The position numbers and the translations under genes are program-made. From a virus (taxonomy: Duplodnaviria > Caudoviricetes), in IMG/VR virus record IMGVR_UViG_2866360957_000001, positions 15,162 through 79,161 of that record: 64,000 nucleotides of DNA; one strand, given 5' to 3'. The notes under the pieces are model-generated. The model saw only the letters and a program-made list of their open reading frames with translations, did not search any database and was not told where the DNA came from. Positions 1-9,495 of the stretch are shown here, piece after piece. Every line of letters begins with the position of its first letter. The stretch's first letter is position 1.

Positions 1-2
1 AG

Positions 3-209
3 CGGCGGAAGCCAGACGGTGAGCCGGGCGACCGCTTCCAGGCCGCCCCAAAGGGTGAGCGGCTCGCGACCGAGCTGGCCGGACTGCGCGAGCACCGCGC
101 CGACTTGGCGGAGACCTATAACGCCGACAGCGCGAAGGCCAGCCGCAACGTGTTCAAGCCCGGGACGCTGCCGAAGCGCATCGGCGACACCACCCCCACC
201 TGCAACTAA
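3..209 (+). CDS. Partial (5'-truncated) phage hypothetical protein, upstream partner of the lipoprotein
   Basis: Open frame 3 reading ...LAETYNADSAKASRNVFKPGTLPKRIGDTTPTCN*, ending just before the RBS (GAGGAG) of the next gene. Confidence 0.6.
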   Translation, partial: RRKPDGEPGDRFQAAPKGERLATELAGLREHRADLAETYNADSAKASRNVFKPGTLPKRIGDTTPTCN

Positions 210-224
210 CCCGAGGAGACCCCG

Positions 225-755
225 ATGAGAACCAGATACGTCGCTGCGGCGATGGCAGCGGTCGTTCTCCTGACGGCCGCCGGAGGCTGCGACAGCGCCG
301 AGGACCGGAAGGCGGCGCAGGCCGTCTCCGGCGATCAGCAGAAGAAGTACGAGGCCGCCGACCCGTTCCCCGCCGCCGCGCTGAACGGCCAGTCGCTGGA
401 GCGTAAGAACATCTCCGAGCGGCTGGTCCGCTACAACAACCCGAACAAGATCAGCTATATCTACCTGTTGGCGGAGAACGGCCAGGTCATCAGCTACTTC
501 ACCATCAAGGGCAAGGTGTCCAACGCGGGAAGTCAGCTCCTCCCGGAGGATGACATCCTTGACCCGTGTAGCGCGGACTACTGCCCGATGGCGGTCGATT
601 CGGCCGGCGATGACGGGTCGTACGGCCCCGACGAGAACTCGATCTTCTTCTTCACGACGGACGGCACTCTCGTGGAGTGGGACGGCCTCTACCTGCTGTC
701 GGATCGCCCGCTGGAGATCAAGACGCCCGTCTCGCTCGTCGCTGAGGTGAAGTGA
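225..755 (+). CDS. Phage lipoprotein
   Basis: Signal peptide with lipobox-like AAGGC, RBS GAGGAG, typical codon usage. Confidence 0.75.
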   Translation: MRTRYVAAAMAAVVLLTAAGGCDSAEDRKAAQAVSGDQQKKYEAADPFPAAALNGQSLERKNISERLVRYNNPNKISYIYLLAENGQVISYFTIKGKVSNAGSQLLPEDDILDPCSADYCPMAVDSAGDDGSYGPDENSIFFFTTDGTLVEWDGLYLLSDRPLEIKTPVSLVAEVK

Positions 756-837
756 TGGGCAAGCTCGAAGCAGAAATCGGCTGGGACGCCGTACCCGCGT
801 CGCCGGTTGCCGAGTCGGACCGGATGGAGCACGGGTC

Positions 838-1146
838 GTGAGCCCCGACCCGAAGCCGCCGCTGCCCACAGCGCTCGGCGAGCCGATTCCTCGGATCCCG
901 GTGGACGAGCGCGAGGGCGGCCCGTTCGACCAGATCCGGCACATCGCCACCATCGCCGTAGATCTCTGGTCGGTGGGGCCGGACGGGCCCTACTACAACC
1001 CGGCCCAGACCCGATCTGAGACGACCCGCCTCCAGATGAGGGAGGCGCTGTTGCACCTGCTGGAGCTCGGATTGCTCGATATCGACACCGAGAGGCTGGC
1101 CGCCTCCCGGAGCTGGCCATCGACCCGCGAAGTTCAGGAGGGGTAA
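838..1146 (+). CDS. Hypothetical phage protein
   Basis: ORF coupled to the next gene (TAATG overlap). Confidence 0.6.
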   Translation: MSPDPKPPLPTALGEPIPRIPVDEREGGPFDQIRHIATIAVDLWSVGPDGPYYNPAQTRSETTRLQMREALLHLLELGLLDIDTERLAASRSWPSTREVQEG

Positions 1147-1556
1147 TGGGCTACATCAGCTACCTGTCGGGCGAGATCACGATCGATCCGCCGATTCGCT
1201 GGGGTGAGCTTCGCGGTAGTGACTTCGTCCGCACCAAGGAGCGTGCGGAGCACGAGCGGCTCGTCTGGCTCCGCACTGTCGAGAAGACGGTGGACACCGA
1301 AGAAGGTGTGCTGACCACCGTGATGGCGGTCGCCATCAGGCCGAGCGAGGAAGACGAGCTTCGCGCTGACGCGCTGGCCCGCGAGGTGCAGGAGATCGTC
1401 GCAGCGCACGGCGACGGCCGGACCTTCGAGGGGCTGATCCTCGTTCGTGGGGAGGAGTCGCCGGACATCTGGCGCGTCCGTGTCGTGGACGGTCACGCGG
1501 TGGAGGAGCGGCCCATGCTCCGCTGGCCAGATGGCACCGAGGAGGTGGCCCAGTGA
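1146..1556 (+). CDS. Conserved actinophage protein (DUF6205-like)
   Basis: MGY..GEITIDPPIRW N-terminus and GEESPDIWRV motif recalled from this family; RBS AGGAGG. Confidence 0.6.
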   Translation: MGYISYLSGEITIDPPIRWGELRGSDFVRTKERAEHERLVWLRTVEKTVDTEEGVLTTVMAVAIRPSEEDELRADALAREVQEIVAAHGDGRTFEGLILVRGEESPDIWRVRVVDGHAVEERPMLRWPDGTEEVAQ

Positions 1557-1780
1557 TGATTCATGACCACACGACGGGGTTCGCCTCCATCCTGATCGTC
1601 AGGCGACAGCCGGACGGGACCACACTTGCCCGCCGCTGGCACACCCGCGCCTGCTGCGCCGAGACTCTGGCGGCGCAGCTCGGGAAGCCACATGAGGAGA
1701 TGTTGGCCACCGCTCCGGCGGCCGACGCCGTACGGGATGTCATGCGTGACACCCCCGGCATCATCTGGGACGCGTCGTGA
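1553..1780 (+). CDS. Hypothetical protein (possible paralogue of 16487-16717)
   Basis: Overlapping GTGA start; LGKPHEEMLATA resembles LGAPQREAVATA. Confidence 0.55.
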   Translation: MMIHDHTTGFASILIVRRQPDGTTLARRWHTRACCAETLAAQLGKPHEEMLATAPAADAVRDVMRDTPGIIWDAS

Positions 1781-1992
1781 ACGTGTCTGAGGCGCGCGAC
1801 GTGCAGAGGGTGCTCGCCTGGATCCTCGGCGGTGAGGTGACCGACGAGGTCGCGATGTGTGCCGCCGGCCGCCTGGCCGCGCGGGCGCACGACCGGCTCG
1901 GCGCGGGCCCAGCCGAGGCCGCCCTTCGAGCCGAGTGGACGCGACGGCGCCCGATGGTCGTCCGCGACTGGCCAGGGAGCGACGATGCGTAG
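1777..1992 (+). CDS. Hypothetical protein
   Basis: GTGA-coupled ORF in operon. Confidence 0.5.
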   Translation: MNVSEARDVQRVLAWILGGEVTDEVAMCAAGRLAARAHDRLGAGPAEAALRAEWTRRRPMVVRDWPGSDDA

Positions 1993-2197
1993 ACCGCACC
2001 CTGTGGTCCAGATCCTCATGGTGCGGCGTCACAAGCTCGGGCTGCGGCAGCGTGACGTGGCTGACCGCATGGGCGTGAACCGGGTGATCATCGCCGAGTG
2101 GGAGATCGGCAAGCGCGACCCCCGCCTCAGCAACTTGGAGGCGTACGCGCATGCGCTGAACCTGCGGATCTCCTTTGAGGAGGTCGGCGATGCCTGA
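1985..2197 (+). CDS. XRE/Cro-family HTH protein
   Basis: RRHKLGLRQRDVADRMGVNRVIIAEWEIGKRDPRLSNLEAYAHAL is a canonical HTH_3 pattern. Confidence 0.85.
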   Translation: MRRPHPVVQILMVRRHKLGLRQRDVADRMGVNRVIIAEWEIGKRDPRLSNLEAYAHALNLRISFEEVGDA

Positions 2198-4937
2198 TCA
2201 CGCGATCGCCGCCGTCTACCGCTACGCCGACCGGGACGGCGACGAGCTGACGGTCGCCAGCGTGGCTTACGACGGTGTGCCACACGCGGCCATAGGAGTA
2301 CAGACGAGCCGCGGCCCGGCCGCCGTACATGTCCACCCCGAGGAAGCGTGGGAGTTGTGTGAGGCGATCCTGACAGCCGCGGGCGTGGACGGCGTAGGGG
2401 GCGGTAGGGATGGCTAGCTGGACACGCCGCGAGCGCACCGTCACCTATGTCGAATACGCGCTGGATCTGCCGGCTAATTGGGCCGAGGTCAGCAAGATCT
2501 TCGCGGAACTCAACCAGGAGCTCGGGGAGCGCGCCGAGTGGGACGACGCCGTCGAGGTGACCTCCGACAGCGCGGAGCTGGTGTTCCGCTACGTCAAGGA
2601 GGGCCCGTGATCGAGATCGCCATGCCGACTGATGGGCGCCCAGTCGCTGCCGGTGTCGCGCTGGACCGCGCCCGCAGCGATGGTGGCCTGCGCCTGCGGA
2701 TCGCCTGCGCGCTGTGGCAACGGGACCCGCAGGACGACCGAACGCCGTCGGCCGCCGGGCACCTCGGCGGCTACGTCTACGAGATGGCCGACCGGGTGGC
2801 CGCCGTGGTCGAGGAGATCCGGCGCGAGGACGCCGAGCGGATCGCCGCGGCGATCGAGGCACGCCGCTGCCCGTCCCCGGAGCTCTGCAAGAACTGCGTA
2901 TGTCGCCGAGAGGACGCCGCTCTCGTCCGCACCACGACGGGGGAGGCGGTCGCCGAACCGGCTGAACCGGAGCTGTCCGCGCGCTTCCTCTGGCACTGGA
3001 GACCGATGTCGCCGCAGGAGGTATGCGACATGACCGGCATCCCCGAGGACGAAATCCGGCGCCTGTACGGCGACACCGTGCTCGTGAAATGGGACCTGCG
3101 CGGCCCGCAGGAGTTCCGCTGGGGCGGCCCCGGCCCGTCGCCCGAGATCGAGGAGACGCGAGCGATCGACGACCGCGCCATGGAGGGGAACGACGGTGAC
3201 CAGCCCTGACGACTACCTGCGCACCGCGCTGCCGGTGCTGCTCACCTACACCCGCCAGGTCCTGCTCGATCTCGACCTGGGCCGCATGCGCGCCGCGGCC
3301 GAGGAGGCGAGCGATCAGACCGCCGTCGATTTCCTCAGCGCGGCGATCGTGTTCGCCCAAGCGGCGAGCCTCGCCCGCGACCGCGTCTACCCGGAGGGAG
3401 CGTGATGTTCCGCCACCGCCACCGCTACACGCCGATCGGCGTGCTCCATGAGCGCGCGCCGTTCGCCAACGCGACCACCCTCGTCCTGCGCCGCTGCTCC
3501 CGGTGTGGTGCGCACGACGTCGAGACGCTGCCCGGTCGCTGGGACGAGGCGCTGTTCGTGCACGGCACGGCCGCGCCCGATCCACAGGGGGCCGATCATG
3601 TCTGAGGTCGCAGGCTTCTGCCCGATGGGCTGCGGCCGGACCCTGTTCCTTGCCGAGGGCGGGCACGTCACCTGCTCGTCACTCCGATGCCCGAGGCCGA
3701 CGGTGGTCGATGAGCTGCTCGACGACCGGGAGTCCGAGCACCTCGTGCTGTTCGACGCCGCCGGATTCACCATTCGCCACCCCTTGCACGAACGCCTTGG
3801 CGACGCCCTGATGATCTGCCCGCTGCACTCCGACATCCAGGGCAGCAGCGGGCCGCCGGTCGCCCCAGGCCGCTATCGCGCCGTCCGGGTCGCGGACGGC
3901 TGGGTTTGGCAGATCAGCCGAGGTGTGTCGTGATCGCGGCGGCGGTCAACGCGGCGCTCGCAGCCTGGTGGCTGTACGCGGCCTGCTACGTGGGCCGCCA
4001 GCTCACCGTGCCGCTCAATGCCGCCGACTTGACCGTGTTCCTGCTCTGGACCGGCGCGGCCATTGCCAGCGCCGTCCTAGCCGCCCGCGCCATGGAGGAC
4101 CGACCATGACCATGATCAAACGCTGCGACGGCTGCGGCTCGGAGATCCGTGACCGTGACGACTGCGTGACCGTCGTGCGCGACAGCCTGTACGGCGGGGG
4201 GATGATCCACGATCCGGTCCTTCCGGATCAGGACAAGCCACTGCACTGGTGCCACGGGTGCGCGACGAAGGCCATCACCGCCACGAAGGGAAAGCCGTGA
4301 ACGAACCACACCTCACACCCGCTGAGCAGGAGGCGCTCGACGCCCGTACGGCCCGCTGGGCACGCATCGCGGGGATCGCCGCCCTCGCGGCCCTGGCCAT
4401 GGCCGGTGCCGCCATCTGGCTCGGCGACACGCGGTGGGCCTGGACCGGCGGCCTGGTCATGCTCGCCGCTGGCGGCTTCGGTGCAGCCGCCGCCATGGCC
4501 GCATCCCCTGAGACTCGGCGGCGCATGGCCGCTCGCCGTCGCGCGGACGAGGAGATGCCGTGAAATCGCAACCGGTCAAGGTCGAGGTCGATTTGTCCAC
4601 GATTGAAACGGTGTGCGCCGAGCTGCGTGAGCTGGTCCGCGAGGCCCACGGCGTCACCGGGGATCTGCGCAAGGCCGTGAAGGACGCCAGACGGACCGTG
4701 GAGTCGGACATCGCGCAGACGATGGAGGCCGAGGTGAAGCGGCAGGTCGCCGAGCTGGGCGAGGTCACCGCCGAGGCGATGCGCAACTCCGTGGCCAAGG
4801 TCGGCCGCGAGTTCGATCGATTGGAAGCGATCTTCCTTGGCGCCGACCCGCAGTCGAAACGCAAAGGGCGGCCGCCGCTGGAGGACCTCATCCGCGAGCA
4901 CCTCAACTCCACCCGATCCCAGAGAGGAGACACCTGA
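2190..4937 (+). CDS. Run of about 10 small overlapping hypothetical phage genes (2190-2417, 2410-2610, 2607-3209, 3196-3405, 3402-3605, 3598-3933, 3930-4109, 4106-4300, 4297-4563, 4560-4937)
   Basis: Consecutive ATGA/GTGA overlaps with GGAG RBSs. Includes Cys-rich ORFs (3598: CPMGC..C...C) and membrane ORFs (3930, 4297). Confidence 0.65.
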
Positions 4938-5332
4938 TGAAGCGGAAGCACGCGCACGAGTACTCACCTGAGGAGTTTGACCGTGCCGTCACGATGATCC
5001 AGTCGGACGCGGACCTGCGCGCCGACATCGAGGCCATCACCGGACAGAGCCTGGAGGGGAAGACCCCGCGCGAGCTGTTCGATACCTTCCGCTCGATCCA
5101 GCATGCCGCCGAGGTCCAGGCCGCCGTGGTCAACTACGGCCGGGCCCGTCAGGCCGTTCGGGACACCCGGGCCATGCTGGAGGCGGACGCGTCGGCCGAG
5201 GAGGCGCTGGGGCTCGCCCGCAAGGAGATCGAGCGCCTGGAGAAGTCCAACGAGGAACTGAAGCGGAAGAATCAGGCCCTGTCCGCCGGTCAGGGTGCGA
5301 CGCCACTGCGGGTCGCTGGAGGCCGGGCGTGA
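4937..5332 (+). CDS. Helical/coiled-coil protein directly upstream of the RAMP gene
   Basis: RBS GAGGAG, TGATG overlap, C-terminal heptad coil (LARKEIERLEKSNEELKRKNQAL), GTGA overlap with 5329. Confidence 0.7.
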   Translation: MKRKHAHEYSPEEFDRAVTMIQSDADLRADIEAITGQSLEGKTPRELFDTFRSIQHAAEVQAAVVNYGRARQAVRDTRAMLEADASAEEALGLARKEIERLEKSNEELKRKNQALSAGQGATPLRVAGGRA

Positions 5333-6084
5333 GCGCGGCCGACATCTTCGGGATCGCTGAGCCGGTCGCCACGTACCGCGTGCGGCTCCAGGTGCACAGC
5401 AAGATCGTGGGGGGCGTGCCATCGAGCTCGTCCGTCATCAAGGGCTGGCTGAAGACGCGCCTCGACCTGGGCGACCGCGACCTCCAGGAGCTGGCGGAGC
5501 AGACGTTGCGCGAGCGGTTCCCGGACCGCCAGCCGACCGCCGACGCGCTCGCCGGGGCGCTCATGGAGTCGGAGGCCGCCGAGCTGTCGGTGAACGGCTT
5601 CAAGCGCTTTGGGGACGTCCTGACCTACGAGGCGCGGTGCATGAAGGCCGCGATCAAGGAAGCGATGAACTCGGCGTATCCCGGCACCGACTGGGACGGA
5701 AAGAAGGGGGCCGGTGCCCACAAGCCGAAGATCGGCCAGCCGCTGCCCGCGAGCTTCCGCAAGGGCCTGATGAGCACCGCCGCTGAGCGCGTGTTCGTGG
5801 TCGGCGATGTGCACCGCGACTACATCTCGCTCGGTGTAAGCGCGCCGAGTGGGATCGAGGAGCGGGTGAAGCACGTCAAGACCCCGCAGGGGCCTAGGTC
5901 GTCGATCGCGCGCGTGGAGTACGTCGAGTGCCCGACCTTGAGTTTCACCGTGCGCGTGCACGACGACTTCCTGTCGCGCGAGGCGTGGGGCCGGATCTGG
6001 GTTCGCCTTCAGGACATCGGGATCGGTGCCGACCGCAGTAGGAGTGATGGGCAGTTCGAGCTGATCACCTGGGAGCGGGTGTGA
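5329..6084 (+). CDS. Stand-alone Cas7/Csm3-like RAMP-fold protein
   Basis: RAMP motifs in the expected order: N-terminal strand YRVRLQVHSKIVGG; LTYEARCMKAAIKEA (cf. IPGSSLKGAIR); ERVFV; PRSSIARVEYV..TLSFTVRV; C-terminal Gly-rich loop GIGADRSRSDGQF (cf. GLGxxRSRGYGxF). Confidence 0.75.
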   Translation: MSAADIFGIAEPVATYRVRLQVHSKIVGGVPSSSSVIKGWLKTRLDLGDRDLQELAEQTLRERFPDRQPTADALAGALMESEAAELSVNGFKRFGDVLTYEARCMKAAIKEAMNSAYPGTDWDGKKGAGAHKPKIGQPLPASFRKGLMSTAAERVFVVGDVHRDYISLGVSAPSGIEERVKHVKTPQGPRSSIARVEYVECPTLSFTVRVHDDFLSREAWGRIWVRLQDIGIGADRSRSDGQFELITWERV

Positions 6085-6097
6085 GGTTCCGTTCCAG

Positions 6098-6750
6098 CGA
6101 CGCCGTATCCGACACGGCTAGCCCAACCATGCTGACAGCCCACCGTTGCTCTTCGCGGGACGACCTGCCCGGCCCTGCCTCCACGGTCCCGGCCTCACCA
6201 CGCCGACACCCCAGCTCTAGTCACGCGCCCGCCGCATCGGCCCGCTTCGACTTGCCTTGCTCGCGTCTGCTCATGCCAGGCCGTCGCACGTCAGCCCAGA
6301 TCGACACGTCGAGCCGCGTCAACGCCAAGCCCTGTCGCGCCCGTCCTGTCCGCGCCGACCAGCCTTGCCGGGCCAATCCGCTGCTCTCCGCACCGACTTT
6401 TCGAACCCAACCCGCCCATGTCCGGAGCCGTCCATGTCCACCCCGTTCGACTGGCCTACCGCTACCCGAAGCCGACTGTCTCCGCGCGACTGCTCTCCCC
6501 CAGCCAGGTCCGGCCAAGGCGACATCCCCACCCAGGGCATGCCTGCCCGACCTCCCACCTCCATCCTGCCCATGCCGAGCCCCAGCGACAGGCCGTACCC
6601 AGCCTTTCCTGGCCCGGCGACACGTCATGCCGAGTCCCGGCGACAGGCCGTACCCAGCCTTTCCTGACCCTGCGACACGTCATGCCGAGCCCTGACGGGC
6701 GCGGACCGACCCACCCCGACACGCCGATCCTCACCTCACCCATCCGGCCC
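6098..6750 (+). ncRNA. Non-coding periodic array of GAC-(NNNYC)n units; putative guide/scaffold RNA array for the upstream RAMP protein
   Basis: GAC at 6111, 6134, 6162, 6205, 6249, 6303, 6357, 6395, 6449, 6488, 6521, 6549, 6587, 6619, 6642, 6674 and 6718, separated by runs of pentamers that nearly all end in C. Strong C skew. Fills the gap between the RAMP stop (6084) and the RBS GGAGGT (6755). Confidence 0.7.
6571..6692 (+). repeat. 55-bp tandem duplication (about 2.2 copies) inside the array
   Basis: catgccgagccccagcgacaggccgtacccagcctttcctggcccggcgacacgt at 6571-6625, repeated with few mismatches at 6626-6680, partial third copy from 6681. Confidence 0.9.
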
Positions 6751-6764
6751 ACCTGGAGGTGCCC

Positions 6765-7399
6765 ATGACCGACTTGCGCCAGCGGTACGCCGCGGCGATG
6801 CTCGACAACATCTATCCGCCCGAAGAGATCACCGAGCGGGCGACCTACTGTGGGCGGGTCTTCCCCGCCATAGAGCGCATTCTTGCCGTACGCGACCAAG
6901 AGGCCGAGCGGCACCGCATCGAACTGGCGGCTGTGCGCGAAGCTCAGGATCGCGCCACACGGGCCGAAGCCGCCCTTGCCCGCGCTCTGGCGGTCTGCGG
7001 CCAGGCTCTGGCCACACCCGACGCCCCGGATCGCTGGTTTGTCGCCGCGCAGGTGAAGGCCGCCATCGAGGGGCGGCCGTGATCGCGCTGATCGTGCTGG
7101 GCGCGCTGGTCGTCTACGCGGCGGGATTCATGGCCACAGCCCGTGTGATGGCCGCTGTGGACCGCCGCGCGCATATGGAGCCTGACGAGGGTTTGATCAC
7201 GCTGGTGGCCGCCGGTTGGCCCATCTTTGCTCCCGTCTGTCTCGTGCTCTTGATCGGAAGGCTGCTGTACCGCCTGGCCACGCGCGATGCCGGGATTCCT
7301 CGCGCCGAACGCCGCCGCCGGCAACTTGCCGAGCGACAGTCGGAGATCGCCGACCTGGAGCGCTGGCACGCCGCGTTCGACCACCGGGAGGATGGATGA
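6765..7399 (+). CDS. Two hypothetical genes (6765-7082; membrane protein 7079-7399)
   Basis: RBS GGAGGT, GTGA overlap; the second has two hydrophobic helices. Confidence 0.65.
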
Positions 7400-8034
7400 C
7401 CCCAGCCGAGGAGGTGCCCGCCCTCGTGGCCGAACTCAGGCCGCTGCTCGACCAGCTCGCCGAGCTGCTGCCCGAGCAGGTCGCCGATGCAGCGCGGGGA
7501 AGCGCGCAGCACCACAAGGTCACCGGCAGCCCCGCACCGTGGCACCCCGAGGCCGGTCCGGTGCTGCTCACCATCCACGCGGGGGTGCGCGAGCTGGAGC
7601 AGGATCTGCGGTATCACGTCGCCGGGCACACGGGAGCGGCCCGGGGCGGGTCCGATGCCAACACCGCGGCGGCGCTCGACTCGATCGAGCGCCTGGTCCA
7701 CGGCGTGCCGGACGACGTGGCCCGGGACGCGGCGCGCCGCCTCGGTCGCTGGGTCGAGCGGGCCCGCCAGGTCCGCGACGTGGGGGAGTCCGAGCGGTGG
7801 ATCCCCATCCACGTACCGAAGGGCCAGATCCCGCCCGCCTGCCCGTACTGCCGTACGTACAGCCTGCGGGTTGCGCAGGAGTCCGGGCGGGTGCGCTGCG
7901 CCAACCCACGCTGCACGGACGAACGAGGCGAGCGGCCGTCTGGCCGCATCGACAAGAACCAGATCAACGGAGATGCGATGCTCATCTGGCAGGACGGCCG
8001 AACGATCTACTACAGCCCCAGGGAGGCATCATGA
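7396..8034 (+). CDS. Phage protein with C-terminal zinc ribbon (possible transcription regulator)
   Basis: CPYC...CANPRC motif; coupled start. Confidence 0.6.
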   Translation: MTPAEEVPALVAELRPLLDQLAELLPEQVADAARGSAQHHKVTGSPAPWHPEAGPVLLTIHAGVRELEQDLRYHVAGHTGAARGGSDANTAAALDSIERLVHGVPDDVARDAARRLGRWVERARQVRDVGESERWIPIHVPKGQIPPACPYCRTYSLRVAQESGRVRCANPRCTDERGERPSGRIDKNQINGDAMLIWQDGRTIYYSPREAS

Positions 8035-8979
8035 GCGACGGTAGGCGGAGGCGAGCTGAGCTGCACAGAGCAATGGCCGCTCAGCACTCCCTGATCGCGG
8101 CGACCCTCGGTGTCACTGCGGCCTTCCAGGATGTGATCAGCGCGGCGCGAGACGGAGACGCTCGCGACATCGCCGCTCACCCGGATCTGGCGTACCTGGA
8201 CGTCCAGATGGACGGCTTTTATGGGGAGGTGTCGTGATCTGCAAGCCGTGTGCCGCCATGGCTGACCTCGGCATGTCCGGCGAGTGGCACACCAACGGAC
8301 AGTACGCCGGACAGTGCAACGACGAGTGCCCCGGCGGAACCTGGTGCGACTGCCAGCACCGGCCACCAAGGCTCGTGCTCGTCGCGCAGGGCGCGCCAGC
8401 AGCGCCGACCGCAGAGCAGATCGCCGCCGGGACCGGCATCGCCGAGCACCTCGCCTTCATCGAGGCGTCTTGAGTCACGACGACATCCGGGCGCGCCTGG
8501 CCGCCGTCCAGGGCATCGAATGGAGGATCGAGCGTGAGCGCGGTGAGGAGTACTACGGCGACTGGTTGAATGTTGGTCCCGTGAAGCTGATGACCACGTT
8601 CAGCCCGGGGCCGCGCGATGCTGCGACCACCTCCCAGGCGGAGGCGGTCGCTGAGTTCATCCGGCCCGCCGCCGCCGACATTCGCCGCCTGCTCGATGCG
8701 GAGGAGGGCCTTGTGGAGAATGAGATCTACGGCCCGCCGCCCGCGCCCGACCGCGGCGAGCCGGCCCGCCTGCTCGCCGACGCCATCGAGGTGCTGCGCC
8801 CCGACGGCAGCGCGGTCAGGATAGACCTCGTGGCCTTCGCCAATATCGCCCTGGCGGCGCAGCGGGAGAATGTTGGGCTGCACGCCGAGATCGACACCCT
8901 GAAACGGCGATTGGACAACCAAAAGGATCGTCAGCAGCGCGCGGGAGAACTCCTGGCGTGGCGGGGAGACGCTTGGTGA
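8031..8979 (+). CDS. Three hypothetical genes (8031-8237; Cys-rich 8234-8473; 8470-8979)
   Basis: Overlapping starts and stops with RBSs. Confidence 0.55.
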
Positions 8980-9250
8980 GCGGCAAGCTCTGGCTCATCG
9001 ACGGAACGGGAGCTCTCCGGCAGGACCGCGACCCGTACGACTGGGATCGGGGGGGAGGACATTCCGAACCCTCCGGTCGTCGCGATCGTCCGGGAGCTCC
9101 TCCTGGCCGGACACCGAAGTGAAGCGCGAGATGTACGAGAGGCACTTCGTGGGGCGGGTGTTCGGCGTGATCGACGACCGCGCCTCGGTGGTGGCCATGT
9201 GGCGAAGCCTGGACCTGACCGTCGTCCAAGTTGCAGAAGGGGCATTTTGA
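8976..9250 (+). pseudogene. Degraded HAD phosphatase (polynucleotide kinase/phosphatase C-terminal type)
   Basis: Pieces in different frames read LIDGT.ALRQDRDPYDWDR / GEDIPNPPVVAIVRELLLAGH / EVKREMYERHF.GRVFGVIDDRASVVAMWRSLDLTVVQVAEGAF*. The central SGR..MR segment is missing. Confidence 0.75.
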
Positions 9251-9495
9251 TGAACGACCAGCCTGACCTCGCCAAGATCTTCGCCGAAGCTGGCGCGAAG
9301 CTCCAGCAAGGGCTACAGCAAGCGGGCAACACCCTCACTGTGCAGGGCGCGATGGGCTGGGCCTACCGTGGCGACCTGGAGAAGCTCGCGGCCGCCCTGC
9401 GCGGCATGAGCACCGAGCAACTCCGCGAGGTGTCGGCCGCCGCGGCATTGCTCGCCTCGACCGCTGACGAGGAACTGGCCGGCCGGGATGGATGA
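9250..9495 (+). CDS. Hypothetical protein
   Basis: TGATG-coupled ORF. Confidence 0.55.
   Translation: MNDQPDLAKIFAEAGAKLQQGLQQAGNTLTVQGAMGWAYRGDLEKLAAALRGMSTEQLREVSAAAALLASTADEELAGRDG

Noticed and set aside
2029-3666. Long minus-strand ORFs (also 25261-26952, 42793-44613, 48249-49814)
   Set aside because: Antisense shadows of well-supported plus-strand genes, typical of high-GC DNA
4937-5332. IS3-family insertion sequence
   Set aside because: Only vague OrfA-like ends; no DDE OrfB, terminal inverted repeats or target duplication
6098-6750. Canonical CRISPR array
   Set aside because: No identical 23-47 bp repeats separated by unique spacers; only a 3-4 nt delimiter and pentamer periodicity
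6081-6768. ORFs 6081-6695, 6257-6667, 6418-6768 and minus-strand ORFs over the array
   Set aside because: Pro/Arg/Ser low-complexity translations in several frames; the DNA has period 5, not 3, so these are shadow ORFs
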